A DNA stretch of 64,000 nt from a virus (taxonomy: Duplodnaviria > Heunggongvirae > Uroviricota > Caudoviricetes): positions 1 through 64,000 of the IMG/VR virus record IMGVR_UViG_3300035184_001394, one strand, 5' to 3'. A program made the translations under genes and the position numbers. Positions within the stretch are counted from its first letter, which is position 1; every line of letters starts with the position of its first letter. Shown piece after piece: positions 16,915 through 25,665 of the stretch. The notes beneath the pieces are model-generated. The model did no database searches, was not told the DNA's origin, and saw only the letters and a list, made by a program, of their open reading frames with translations.

Positions 16915-17975
16915 GGTAAATTTATTGCCTCTAAATATAGCTCGTCCATAATAGACTTAACGGTACCTGTATCAACTGAAGTTTTAATAGAATCTATATA
17001 GTTGTGTAATATTTCTTTAGTATCTTTAGATTCATCAAGAATTTCATTAACACCGGTAGATTCAAAGTTTAAAGAATCATCAATAGATTTTACGTCAGCA
17101 GCTCCAGCTTCAGTTAATCTGTTCATAAACATATCATACAAGTATGCGTTTGTTCTATGCTTAACAATTACTTTAATAAAACAATTTTTTAACGGTGCTA
17201 AATCTAGGCTAGCAACATCATCAATATTCATGTCTCTATCGTCATAATCTATTTTATGGAATATGCGATTTGGATTTTCTACTTTAACCATAGAGCGACT
17301 TTCTGTATCAAATACATGAAATCCACGACTACATTCATAATCAGACCAATTCATCTCATAAGGTGCACCTAAGTACTCAATATTTCTATATCGCGATGGA
17401 TGATGGAAATGACCAGAAAATACGTTCTCAAAATTCTTAAATACTTTCATATCTAAACCATGAACACATAACGAACCTTTCATCATTTCAAAGCCTTTCA
17501 ATTCTAGATGACCCATAACTATATTAGCATCTGTATTTTCTATGCTAGTCATAACCTGTTCGAAATTTGTTTTTGTAATCCACGGTAACATTAAGAATTT
17601 AGTTGAACCTAAAACTAATTCAGTTGCTGCAGATTCATACATATTAAAATTAGGATATTCTCGCAATAGAAGATCCATCGAATTGACTTCGTTTGTGTTA
17701 GTATAGAATGTAGTATGATTACCAACAAGCGTGTGAAATTCTATTCCACGTTTAGCTAATTGACCAAAGAAGAAATCCTTAGAGCGCTTTAAACTTAAAT
17801 AATTGATATACTTTCTTCTATCAAATGTGTCACCAAGATCAAATACGACTTTAATATCATTTGCGTCTATATACGGAAAGAACTGCTCCATAAAGAATTG
17901 TTCTTGGTGATCAAGGAATACTTTACTGTCCCCTCTTGCACCGATATGTATATCAGTAACAATAGCTATTTTCAT
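16911..17975 (-). CDS. 47: gp47 recombination endonuclease nuclease subunit (SbcD/Mre11-like)
   Basis: MKIAIVTDIHIG...GDTFD...GNHT...GHLE...GHFHH are calcineurin-like phosphoesterase motifs collinear with T4 gp47. 4-nt overlap with gene 46. Confidence 0.9.
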   Translation of the reverse strand: MKIAIVTDIHIGARGDSKVFLDHQEQFFMEQFFPYIDANDIKVVFDLGDTFDRRKYINYLSLKRSKDFFFGQLAKRGIEFHTLVGNHTTFYTNTNEVNSMDLLLREYPNFNMYESAATELVLGSTKFLMLPWITKTNFEQVMTSIENTDANIVMGHLELKGFEMMKGSLCVHGLDMKVFKNFENVFSGHFHHPSRYRNIEYLGAPYEMNWSDYECSRGFHVFDTESRSMVKVENPNRIFHKIDYDDRDMNIDDVASLDLAPLKNCFIKVIVKHRTNAYLYDMFMNRLTEAGAADVKSIDDSLNFESTGVNEILDESKDTKEILHNYIDSIKTSVDTGTVKSIMDELYLEAINLP

Positions 17976-18008
17976 TGTTTACCTCATTTATCTTGAATTT
18001 CATATGCT

Positions 18009-18037
18009 ATTATATAACAGTCAGTGACAAATGTCAA
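18009..18037 (-). promoter_or_regulatory. early promoter (minus strand) upstream of 47-46
   Basis: rc TTGACA, 17 nt, TATAAT. Confidence 0.5.
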
Positions 18038-18058
18038 CGTTATATAATAATTTGTTTA

Positions 18059-18556
18059 TTAAACTACTTGAACTTTTTTTGAATATAACTTCTGTTCAAA
18101 ATCATTAACAAATTCGCTGATATATTCTGGTGGTTCGTTAAGTGTGACCTTAGCATCGCCAGCATCAATCATAGCTAATTCAGACATCATATGCTGAGAT
18201 GATTTAAAGCGGATATACATTTGCTTTTTCTCTTTTTGGATACGGCGTAGGAACGCAAACCAGATAATTTGCGTAAAGTACGCGAAAGGATTTTCCGATT
18301 TCTCTGAATTAAAGTTACACATATATTGTAAACAGTTCTCAACACCGTCAGATACCATATCTTCTTTATATGTGTAACCAGAGAAATTCGGTTTTGTTGC
18401 AAGTCGGGTAGCTATCAGCAATATGCATTTGCCAATATAATCTGGAACCCTTGGTTTAGGATCACTACACTCTTCTGCTTCTTTCACTTTATTGTTATAT
18501 TCAACAAGAGCTGCGAATAGATCTTTGTTATTTACATAATTTTTCTTTTTAGCCAT
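18059..18556 (-). CDS. 55: gp55 late-transcription sigma factor
   Basis: From the internal Met: MAKKKNYVNNKDL...NFSGYTYKEDM...NPFAYFTQI matches T4 gp55 (NYVNNKEL, NFSGYTQ, NPHAYITQ). The ORF track extends 16 codons further upstream. Confidence 0.8.
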   Translation of the reverse strand: MAKKKNYVNNKDLFAALVEYNNKVKEAEECSDPKPRVPDYIGKCILLIATRLATKPNFSGYTYKEDMVSDGVENCLQYMCNFNSEKSENPFAYFTQIIWFAFLRRIQKEKKQMYIRFKSSQHMMSELAMIDAGDAKVTLNEPPEYISEFVNDFEQKLYSKKVQVV

Positions 18557-18594
18557 TATATTTAAACCTACAGTTAATAATTTTAATAGCATAC

Positions 18595-18623
18595 ATTGTA
18601 CCACAGTTATTATTAAATGTCAA
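18595..18623 (-). promoter_or_regulatory. sigma70-like promoter (minus strand) upstream of gene 55
   Basis: rc GTTGACA, 17 nt, TACAAT. Forms the left arm of a 24-bp perfect inverted repeat. Confidence 0.45.
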
Positions 18624-18680
18624 CGTTTATTATATTTTAATTTATCTGAAATAGTTGTTGACATTTAATAATAACTGTGG
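18601..18680. repeat. perfect 24-bp inverted repeat (CCACAGTTATTATTAAATGTCAAC / GTTGACATTTAATAATAACTGTGG) separated by 32 nt. Each arm carries a -35 box.
   Basis: Arms at 18601-18624 and 18657-18680, read directly. Confidence 0.85.
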
Positions 18681-18686
18681 TATAAT
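18658..18686 (+). promoter_or_regulatory. plus-strand sigma70-like promoter (TTGACA, 17 nt, TATAAT) firing antisense into the 3' end of uvsW
   Basis: Perfect consensus hexamers with 17-nt spacer. No plus-strand ORF follows. Confidence 0.4.
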
Positions 18687-18721
18687 AGATGTATCATCGT
18701 TAGTAATAATACTAAAAGGCT

Positions 18722-20215
18722 TTAAATATCTATATTGTATATCTTTAATTCAAATTCTTCTTGACTATACATTTCAACTCTCTTCCTAAAATGTCTTAAA
18801 GTATAATTCTCTGAACTTTCTGTTCCAAGATTATCAGCAATATCGTATAGAGTTGCTTTGTCCGACCCGTTGCCTTTCCTGAGTGATCGACCAACAGATT
18901 GTAATACTTTAATCTCAGATTTAGAACCGGACGCAAATATAACATTATCAAGTCTGCGCAAGTTCACGCCAGTTGAGAATGTGCCGTATGAAGCAAGAAT
19001 ATTATGTTTCTTTTCAGGATCATTTTCAACTAAGTGCCTGATACGTTCACGTTCTTCACCACTCACACTACCATGAATAAAATGTAATACACGGCCTTCT
19101 TTCTGTAAAATTGGCTCTAATACTTTGCCATGCTTCTCGACTAAATCAAATAATATTAAATTGTTCTGACCTTCCAATGACCATAATAAGTTACGAATAA
19201 AGATATTACGTTTAGTATGATTATTTATGAATTCGCGTTCTGCCGGATATTTACGAGTTGGCTCTTTAATAGTTTTAAGAGCTGTTCTAAACTTTTTCTT
19301 TTCTTCCTTTGAATATTCAAGTACAATACCTTTGATTTTAAAGTCAGCAACCGTGCCATCGTCAATTAGATTCTTAGTAGTCACATATTTACGAGTAGAT
19401 CCAAATGAACCTTCTAATACAAGCCTATTAGTTTTAGACTCAGAAGATTTAAGCGTACCAGTGAATCCATGTCTATAACGACAATCAGTCATTTTTTCCA
19501 TAATCGTAGTCAAAGCTTTTGCTTGGAATAAATGGGCTTCATCGCCAAGTACAACACCAAACTGACTAAACCACTCTTTTGGCATTTTTTGTAATGATTG
19601 CCAAGTACTGATAACGATTGGAGCTCGAGTATTTTTCTCGACACCACCTTTAATTGTATAAATCAATTCAGACTTACAACCATAATCAACAAAATCACCC
19701 GCCATCTGGAATACTAACGAGACAGTCGGCACAATAATGAGTGTTCGTAATTGCTCAGTTTGGTAGTAATGTTGTTGCAATAGATATATAATTAATGATT
19801 TACCAGATGAAGTTGGAGATACGTTAAGCGAACGTCTATCTCTTATTGCATTAACAATATATTTGTTTTGATAATCTCTTGGTTGAAATTTAGACTTGAC
19901 TAGTTTAGCAATATCATATCCATAATCATCCGCGCATCTATCTTTATCTTGTAATTCAGACGGCAAATTAAGTTCGTATTCTCGAACCTCACAGAACTTT
20001 TTGAGATGGTTTAACAGTCCAACTAGAAGTAATGGCTTAAATGGAGAGTACATTCGTATAACACCATCCCACATCCGGGATTTGTATTTTGGTGAGAATT
20101 GATAGCCTTCTGGTTTGAAGGAGAAATAGTCAGAAAGTTCTTGCCGTACAGATGGATCAGCAGTCACTTTCATATTAACTTCATTTATATATTCGACATT
20201 AATTATGTCAGCCAT
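18722..20215 (-). CDS. uvsW: UvsW SF2 helicase
   Basis: FSFKPEGYQF, RDYQ, SPTSSGKS, LIIVPT, WFSQFG..LGDEAH, YGTFSTG, LQSVGR are collinear with T4 UvsW. Confidence 0.9.
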   Translation of the reverse strand: MADIINVEYINEVNMKVTADPSVRQELSDYFSFKPEGYQFSPKYKSRMWDGVIRMYSPFKPLLLVGLLNHLKKFCEVREYELNLPSELQDKDRCADDYGYDIAKLVKSKFQPRDYQNKYIVNAIRDRRSLNVSPTSSGKSLIIYLLQQHYYQTEQLRTLIIVPTVSLVFQMAGDFVDYGCKSELIYTIKGGVEKNTRAPIVISTWQSLQKMPKEWFSQFGVVLGDEAHLFQAKALTTIMEKMTDCRYRHGFTGTLKSSESKTNRLVLEGSFGSTRKYVTTKNLIDDGTVADFKIKGIVLEYSKEEKKKFRTALKTIKEPTRKYPAEREFINNHTKRNIFIRNLLWSLEGQNNLILFDLVEKHGKVLEPILQKEGRVLHFIHGSVSGEERERIRHLVENDPEKKHNILASYGTFSTGVNLRRLDNVIFASGSKSEIKVLQSVGRSLRKGNGSDKATLYDIADNLGTESSENYTLRHFRKRVEMYSQEEFELKIYNIDI

Positions 20216-20245
20216 GATATACCCAATATTATTTGTTATTGAATA

Positions 20246-20253
20246 TATTTATA
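20246..20253 (-). promoter_or_regulatory. T4-type late promoter (TATAAATA, minus strand) about 30 nt upstream of uvsW
   Basis: Forward tatttata. uvsW is late-transcribed in T4. Confidence 0.45.
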
Positions 20254-20404
20254 AAAATTAATCGAAGTCGTATATGGCTATTGGGTACGGGTTTTTGTCA
20301 CACTCCCATTCACCATTTCCACGATATGTGAAGACAAATCTATCACCACACCAGAACCTTGTTACTGTTTCACCTATTGTTCGTTTCATAATATAATTCC
20401 TAAA

Positions 20405-20752
20405 TTAATTATCACTAGTAATTCCTAATAAAATATCAACAGCTTTAAATTCAGACTCATTGCAACGATCATTAAGTAGTTTAATCTTAGCATTAAGTTC
20501 TTCATTTGCATTATCTAGATCATATTTAAGTTCATCGATTAAATCGTGAAGTCTTTTTATTTCGCGTCTTTGCTCAATTGCGTTGCTGATGTCATCTAAT
20601 AGTCTAAGATTAGGAATTGTATTAACGTAGTCCCATTCGTCATCTTCGAGTAGCATATATCCATTTGAAGTATACATGTAATATAAGTTATCATCGCCAA
20701 CGTGAGTAGGACGCGTAATATGTTGGCTTAACTCTGTGTTTTTGTTATCCAT
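20405..20752 (-). CDS. hypothetical coiled-coil protein (about 115 aa from internal Met with GGAG SD)
   Basis: ATGGATAA start overlaps the stop of the upstream gene. The longer ORF-track version overlaps it. Confidence 0.45.
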   Translation of the reverse strand: MDNKNTELSQHITRPTHVGDDNLYYMYTSNGYMLLEDDEWDYVNTIPNLRLLDDISNAIEQRREIKRLHDLIDELKYDLDNANEELNAKIKLLNDRCNESEFKAVDILLGITSDN

Positions 20753-21017
20753 TGCCTTTCTCCATAACATGTTGATACAAGAGTTTAAGATCACATAAAT
20801 CGTTTATATCTTCAATATCGTAACCCCATACAAGCGAGAAGTCTTCGATAAATTCTTCAAATGTTAACTCTGAATTGACTAGAGCATGCGGAACGATATC
20901 GCTTTTTGTGCAAAAATATCGATGTCTCTTAACTTTTACAGTAGCGTATGAAACAACTGTTTGACAGAATACGCTATCGTCAATAAATAATTGATTTATA
21001 TTCTCGGTAACTTTCAT
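20745..21017 (-). CDS. hypothetical protein (90 aa)
   Basis: Complete ORF preceded by leader (AATTGATAAAGGAATTAAATT ATG). Confidence 0.45.
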   Translation of the reverse strand: MKVTENINQLFIDDSVFCQTVVSYATVKVKRHRYFCTKSDIVPHALVNSELTFEEFIEDFSLVWGYDIEDINDLCDLKLLYQHVMEKGNG

Positions 21018-21071
21018 AATTTAATTCCTTTATCAATTTATTAGACTATTATAATCAAATCAAAATGTTAA

Positions 21072-21659
21072 CTATTCAATATAGCGAACATCATCTGAAT
21101 CTACTACTAATATTTGCGGTACCAGGCCAGCAACATTAGTGTTAATTTTCCACAAACCATCGCTCTTAAGTGTATTTTTGTCAAGAATTGCAAAGAATGA
21201 TTCGCTATTCTCAGTATTACTACAATTTAACACTAATTGATTATGTGTTACTGCAGTAATAGTAATAAAGACATAATCATCGTAAATGTATCCGTGAAAT
21301 TCATCGCCTATTACAATTGGTACATCGAGATAATTACTAGTACTAACTTCTTTTTGGTATACAAATTTTGTTTTATTAATTTGACTAAAATAAACTGGTG
21401 TGTTATTTTTGCAGACTTCTATAGAAATACTATCTAATTTAATTCTGTCTTGACCACATCTTCTAAATTCTTCATTGTCTTTAATAACACTCACATTATA
21501 ACCCCAACCAACTTCCTGTATGACTAATGTACCATCTTGATTACTTAGAACTCTCCAGTCGATGGTTTGTGATTTTCTTGTAGTTTTTACTAAGGAATTT
21601 ACTTTTAGATCAATTTCCTTAGTTTTAATTACATCAACTTTAGTATTTCGTACGAACAT
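21072..21659 (-). CDS. hypothetical protein, paralog A of a duplicated early gene (195 aa)
   Basis: MFVRN...SN..V.....R.....VLSN..G.LV.QEV......V..D......CG.D......I.I......P..FS......FVYQKEV...........GDE..GY..DD........TI.AV...QLVLN.......SFFA.LDK.....DG.WKI is shared with 22015-22611. Confidence 0.55.
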   Translation of the reverse strand: MFVRNTKVDVIKTKEIDLKVNSLVKTTRKSQTIDWRVLSNQDGTLVIQEVGWGYNVSVIKDNEEFRRCGQDRIKLDSISIEVCKNNTPVYFSQINKTKFVYQKEVSTSNYLDVPIVIGDEFHGYIYDDYVFITITAVTHNQLVLNCSNTENSESFFAILDKNTLKSDGLWKINTNVAGLVPQILVVDSDDVRYIE

Positions 21660-21689
21660 AATTTATTGCCTTTATCAATTTATGTAACT

Positions 21690-21718
21690 ATAATAAAATA
21701 ATGACAGCGAAATGTCAA
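21690..21718 (-). promoter_or_regulatory. early promoter plus leader (minus strand)
   Basis: rc TTGACA, 17 nt, TATTAT, AGTTACATAAATTGATAAAGG. Confidence 0.45.
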
Positions 21719-21721
21719 CTA

Positions 21722-21994
21722 TTATTTTTTATTTCGCTGTACTTTTAATTCGTCTCTCAAAATGTCAACGCCTTGAATTTCATGAGCTGATGCTGGTCCG
21801 TCAACACCAGTCATGCATGCTACTAAACTGCATCTATGCTTATCTAGTTTATTTTTAAGATTGTCGATTTTCTTATCTTTTGCGTTTAATAAATTGCACA
21901 AGTCACTTAATTCAATTTCAACATCACCTAACATTATTCTGCTTTTTGATTCCATATCAGAATAACAAAACTTGTATACACATTCATATTTCAT
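21722..21994 (-). CDS. hypothetical Cys-containing protein (90 aa) between the two paralogs
   Basis: Complete ORF. Central coiled coil. Confidence 0.45.
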   Translation of the reverse strand: MKYECVYKFCYSDMESKSRIMLGDVEIELSDLCNLLNAKDKKIDNLKNKLDKHRCSLVACMTGVDGPASAHEIQGVDILRDELKVQRNKK

Positions 21995-22014
21995 AATATA
22001 ATTACTTTATAAGG

Positions 22015-22611
22015 TTATACTGCTTCTGTGTAACGTATATCAGATGAATCTAAGTGTAATGTGTTACCATTTTCAAGGAAGATTTTCCAATCGCCGTCAG
22101 AGATAATAGAATCTTTGTCAAGAACTGCAAAGAATGATTTATCAGTATCATTATCGTGATAATTTAGTACTAATTGTTCATCTGAAACTGCACTAATAGT
22201 AACTGCAACATGATTTTCGTCATTATCGTCATTAAGGTACCCACTTAATTCGTCACCTGTTGTAATTCGGGCATCTTGGCGTACGTGAGTAATAACTTCT
22301 TTTTGGTATACAAATCTTGATTTAGAATAATCGCAACTAAAACAGATAGGAGTTGTATTTTGATCTATCTTTATAAAAATATCTAGAATTTCAGTTTTAT
22401 CTGTACCACATTCCATATAATTATTATGGTCTTGTATGACATTAACATTACTTAGACATTTAACTTCTTGAACAACTAACACACCACCATCATTACTCAG
22501 AACATGATAGTCAGCTTGCCTTTTATTAGAATTAATTGTAACTACAGTGTTAGACTTTAAAACAATTTCCTTAGTTTCAACTTTAGGAACTGCAACATTT
22601 CGTACAAACAT
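22015..22611 (-). CDS. hypothetical protein, paralog B (198 aa)
   Basis: About 35-40% identical by eye to 21072-21659 over full length. Same leader/promoter cassette upstream (22642-22670). Confidence 0.55.
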   Translation of the reverse strand: MFVRNVAVPKVETKEIVLKSNTVVTINSNKRQADYHVLSNDGGVLVVQEVKCLSNVNVIQDHNNYMECGTDKTEILDIFIKIDQNTTPICFSCDYSKSRFVYQKEVITHVRQDARITTGDELSGYLNDDNDENHVAVTISAVSDEQLVLNYHDNDTDKSFFAVLDKDSIISDGDWKIFLENGNTLHLDSSDIRYTEAV

Positions 22612-22641
22612 AATTTATTACCTTTATCAATTTATGAGAAT

Positions 22642-22670
22642 ATTACAACACATTCAAAGCTAAATGTCAA
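22642..22670 (-). promoter_or_regulatory. early promoter plus leader (minus strand)
   Basis: rc TTGACA, 17 nt, TGTAAT, ATTCTCATAAATTGATAAAGG. Confidence 0.45.
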
Positions 22671-22673
22671 CGA

Positions 22674-23111
22674 TTAATATTCCCCAGCCTGAAATTTCAT
22701 CACATCTATAATCGACTTAATTATAAAATTGCGAGAGTGTATGGTTTTAATAATATCCTCTAGATAATTAGCTCGAGCGGAATAATAGTCAACTTTTAAA
22801 CTTTTTGCTATGATATCTTTATCAGCTTGGATGTGCTTGTCGACATCGTTGCGTAAAACTTTGAGTTGGAATGGCTTCCAACTCATTTCATTTAAGGTCT
22901 CTTCAGCCATCGAACCATCATAGTATGATCGCTTCAGGTGTTCTAAAGTTCTATATTCAGCTTTGTGTTTTTTGACCCGTAGTACTTCATTGAAGTACAT
23001 GTTATAATATTTACTATGAAGCTTAGGTATATTTTTAGATTCACTAATCAGATTGTTTTCGTCAATAGTTGAATCTTTTGCCCATATCTCGCTTAGATCA
23101 TCAATACTCAT
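22674..23111 (-). CDS. uvsY: UvsY recombination mediator
   Basis: C-terminal HSRNFIIKSIIDVMKFQAGEY matches T4 UvsY KSRGFAIKHIQDMRAFEAGK. Central VDYYSARANY matches LDYYSGRGDG. Similar length (145 vs 137 aa). Near uvsW as in T4. Confidence 0.7.
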   Translation of the reverse strand: MSIDDLSEIWAKDSTIDENNLISESKNIPKLHSKYYNMYFNEVLRVKKHKAEYRTLEHLKRSYYDGSMAEETLNEMSWKPFQLKVLRNDVDKHIQADKDIIAKSLKVDYYSARANYLEDIIKTIHSRNFIIKSIIDVMKFQAGEY

Positions 23112-23139
23112 TATGTATCCTTTATCAATTTATGCGACT

Positions 23140-23168
23140 ATCATATCACAATCATTATGAAATGTCAA
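23140..23168 (-). promoter_or_regulatory. early promoter plus leader upstream of uvsY
   Basis: rc TTGACA, 17 nt, TATGAT. Confidence 0.45.
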
Positions 23169-23171
23169 CAA

Positions 23172-23654
23172 TTATATTTTTTCTATTTTAAAATAATTAT
23201 ACTTGAAAGTTGCAGTTGCTTCTGGATATTCGATTGTTGTTGCAGTAACGTCTAGTTGAATATCAGATAAACTTATTGGAAAACAGTCAACGAAAGTAAT
23301 TCTTAAGTGTGGGTTTTTGTGACTATTCGTAATAAGGATAATTATGTCAGCTTTTTCAGTAAGTCCGTTTGGAAATTTACCATATTGAGAGCTTTCTTGT
23401 GGAGCACTTATTCCTATAAGCCAATTTGTTATTTCTAAATAATTGTCCATAGTCTCATTAACTATAAACGATAAAATTAGATCATCATATTCTAATCTAT
23501 CACCAACATTAAAAATATTACCAAGCGGAGAGCCAGTATTGATATTACCAGATGATATAGAAGGAATGTTTATTTTTTGAGTATTAAATTCAACATTAGG
23601 CAAACGATCAATCGATATAGAAAAACTCGCCGTTGATAAATAATTAGTATCCAT
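23172..23654 (-). CDS. late structural protein with tail-tube-like C-terminus (candidate gp3 tail completion/sheath stabiliser)
   Basis: C-terminal PISLSDIQLDVTATTIEYPEATATFKYNYFKI resembles the gp19-family C-terminus (GELQLDWDSNNEIQTFEVTLALDYWE). Late promoter 23693-23700. Position upstream of uvsY as gp3 in T4-like cyanophages, recalled from memory. Confidence 0.4.
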   Translation of the reverse strand: MDTNYLSTASFSISIDRLPNVEFNTQKINIPSISSGNINTGSPLGNIFNVGDRLEYDDLILSFIVNETMDNYLEITNWLIGISAPQESSQYGKFPNGLTEKADIIILITNSHKNPHLRITFVDCFPISLSDIQLDVTATTIEYPEATATFKYNYFKIEKI

Positions 23655-23692
23655 TTGTTTAACCTATAAAATATTAATGAAAGTAATACTCT

Positions 23693-23700
23693 TATTTATA
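23693..23700 (-). promoter_or_regulatory. T4-type late promoter (TATAAATA, minus strand)
   Basis: Forward tatttata, 39 nt upstream of the 23654 start. Confidence 0.45.
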
Positions 23701-23721
23701 CAAGCTTCCAAGGAGTTCAAA

Positions 23722-23940
23722 ATGTCAGATTTAGTACACAACATAATAGATGATATCGAGTCAGAAATAAGCGAGATACAAATTATGTATCTCGATGGTT
23801 CTATATCTCTTGCTGAGCTTAACGATATGTGTGATTACCATACAGATTTAGAAAAGATTAATTTTAAGTTAGAAACGCGGAGTGATAAGGAATTGGCGGA
23901 GAAATTAATCACCGCCATACTTGAAGTTTACAATTTATAG
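23722..23940 (+). CDS. hypothetical acidic protein (72 aa), lone plus-strand gene in the minus block
   Basis: ATG at 23722 with AAGGAG SD 7 nt upstream. ORF track lists a longer version from 23677. Confidence 0.4.
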   Translation: MSDLVHNIIDDIESEISEIQIMYLDGSISLAELNDMCDYHTDLEKINFKLETRSDKELAEKLITAILEVYNL

Positions 23941-25299
23941 TTTATCAATATCTGTTGTGAATTGGTTACTAGGTGTTGTTGTTTTCCAGAATTTTAGTTC
24001 AGCTTGAGCTTCTTTAATTTCTTTTGCTAGGCTTTTAACCATTTCGTCTGTTAAGCTCATAATGTTAATACGAAGCAAACGTTCAGAATCATCGTTACAA
24101 AGCGGAATTAAAGCATTAATCATTTGGTCTACAACTTGAGCTTTTTTCTTATTCTTAAATACGATATTATCGTCTAATACAGCTTGGATAAAATTCATTT
24201 TGACATTTAACCATCTGGCTTTTTCTGATATGTCACTAATTTGTATATCGATACGTTTTTGTAAGATACCCAACCTAAAATCACAGAAGTCTTTAATAAG
24301 CTGTCGCGCATCATCGTATTCGCGCAACTTACCATTGTAGTCGATTACAGTCAAGTTTTCAGATATTGATTTAGTAAGTTTAAACTTTTGTAATATTTTC
24401 GCATCGTTCCAGCTTGACGCTGTATTTAGTTTTAATTTAACTTCAAAGCAAAAACCAGTCTTGTCGCATAAATCATCATAACCAACAATATCTCCATCAT
24501 CTTCCAGTTTGTCTAATACTTTAACATAAGACTCACGATCGAATCCATATGGTACTTCAGTAATAGCCAGTTGTGTTTTACTCTTCCTATTATAAAGACC
24601 ACACACATTATATTTGTTAGGTTCGTCGCCATTAACGACGGTGCCTTTAAAGTCTGGAAATTTAATTTTAGGTTGTCTTGTGATTTTACCCTTTGTTAAA
24701 TATTCTCTACATGCTTTAATAACACTATTAGGATCGCGGGGCACGACGTTTGTAGCGAAACCAGTTGCGATACCTTTGGTGCCATTCACGAGAACTAACG
24801 GAATAACTGGTAAATAGAATGACGGCGGTTCATGCTCAGGATCGTCGTGAACCGGAGCTAAATTGATGTCTTTAATATATTTGTTGAAATTATCGTGCAA
24901 CTTGGTGTAAACATATCTTGGAGCACCAGCTTCTTGTATTAAGCGAGTACCAAATGAACCACGACCTTCGATTAAACAAAGATTGTTATTCCACTCAGCT
25001 GCCATTAACACACCTGCACCTGCAGCAGAGGATTCTCCGTGGTTATAACCATAATCTGATATGATACCTGAAACAGCTGATACTTTCTTGAACGTAGATT
25101 TCGAATTCATAATAGATGAATATAGATAAAACCGCTGTACAGGTTTCATACCATCTATCATATTTGGAATAGCTCGTGACTCTACAGTATACATCGCGAA
25201 TGATTTCCATTCGTTAGCAGCAACTTTAGAAATTGGATACATATTGTCATTCGATACTACAGTATTATCGTCATTTGTAAAACTTGTTAAATCAACCAT
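23935..25299 (-). CDS. 52: gp52 DNA topoisomerase II medium subunit (GyrA-like)
   Basis: MIDGMKPVQR..LY is the GyrA/ParC N-terminal signature. Length 454 aa like T4 gp52. Confidence 0.9.
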   Translation of the reverse strand: MVDLTSFTNDDNTVVSNDNMYPISKVAANEWKSFAMYTVESRAIPNMIDGMKPVQRFYLYSSIMNSKSTFKKVSAVSGIISDYGYNHGESSAAGAGVLMAAEWNNNLCLIEGRGSFGTRLIQEAGAPRYVYTKLHDNFNKYIKDINLAPVHDDPEHEPPSFYLPVIPLVLVNGTKGIATGFATNVVPRDPNSVIKACREYLTKGKITRQPKIKFPDFKGTVVNGDEPNKYNVCGLYNRKSKTQLAITEVPYGFDRESYVKVLDKLEDDGDIVGYDDLCDKTGFCFEVKLKLNTASSWNDAKILQKFKLTKSISENLTVIDYNGKLREYDDARQLIKDFCDFRLGILQKRIDIQISDISEKARWLNVKMNFIQAVLDDNIVFKNKKKAQVVDQMINALIPLCNDDSERLLRINIMSLTDEMVKSLAKEIKEAQAELKFWKTTTPSNQFTTDIDKL

Positions 25300-25326
25300 A
25301 ATCTACCTTATTTAATTTATGATACT

Positions 25327-25355
25327 ATTATATCGCATTCATTATGAAATGTCAA
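25327..25355 (-). promoter_or_regulatory. early promoter (minus strand) upstream of gene 52
   Basis: rc TTGACA, 17 nt, TATAAT. Confidence 0.5.
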
Positions 25356-25509
25356 CGTTTATTTTTGAATTATATAATGATGCAGCATAATCATCAAGCT
25401 GCTCAAATTTGATAATGTCTTCTTCATAAGCAAGCTGAGATTTAGCTAAACATTCGTCCCACAGTTTCCAATCGAGATTGTTTGTATCTTTATCAATTCG
25501 TTTAACCAT
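25342..25509 (-). CDS. hypothetical small protein (55 aa, from internal Met with AGGAA SD)
   Basis: Trimmed from ORF-track 25342-25581 to the SD-supported start. Confidence 0.3.
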   Translation of the reverse strand: MVKRIDKDTNNLDWKLWDECLAKSQLAYEEDIIKFEQLDDYAASLYNSKINVDIS

Positions 25510-25520
25510 AATATTATTCC

Positions 25521-25661
25521 TTACTGTAAATGTGTTGGATAAAATTCCCACTCTTGTCCGTCTGAGTCCTTTCTTTTCCACCCTACATGAATACCCTTAC
25601 TATCAAAAATAGGTTTGCAATCTGGTGGAGCCATTTGCTTTAACTCGTATGGTCTAGTCAT
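25521..25661 (-). CDS. hypothetical small protein (46 aa)
   Basis: MTRPYELKQMAPPDCKPIF... with GAGGAA SD overlapping the gp39 stop. Confidence 0.3.
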   Translation of the reverse strand: MTRPYELKQMAPPDCKPIFDSKGIHVGWKRKDSDGQEWEFYPTHLQ

Positions 25662-25665
25662 AGTA

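Noticed and set aside
20219-20288. Imperfect inverted repeat ATACCCAATA...TATTGGGTA and a 42-codon ORF (20259-20387, minus) upstream of uvsW
   Set aside because: 9/10 match with a 50-nt loop is weak. The ORF has no SD and overlaps the late-promoter region.
21048-21071. Promoter cassette upstream of gene 20745-21017 using TTAACA at 21066-21071
   Set aside because: Only 12 nt separate it from the TATAAT-like element. The geometry is wrong, so the true -35 is probably degenerate. Not listed as a confident promoter.
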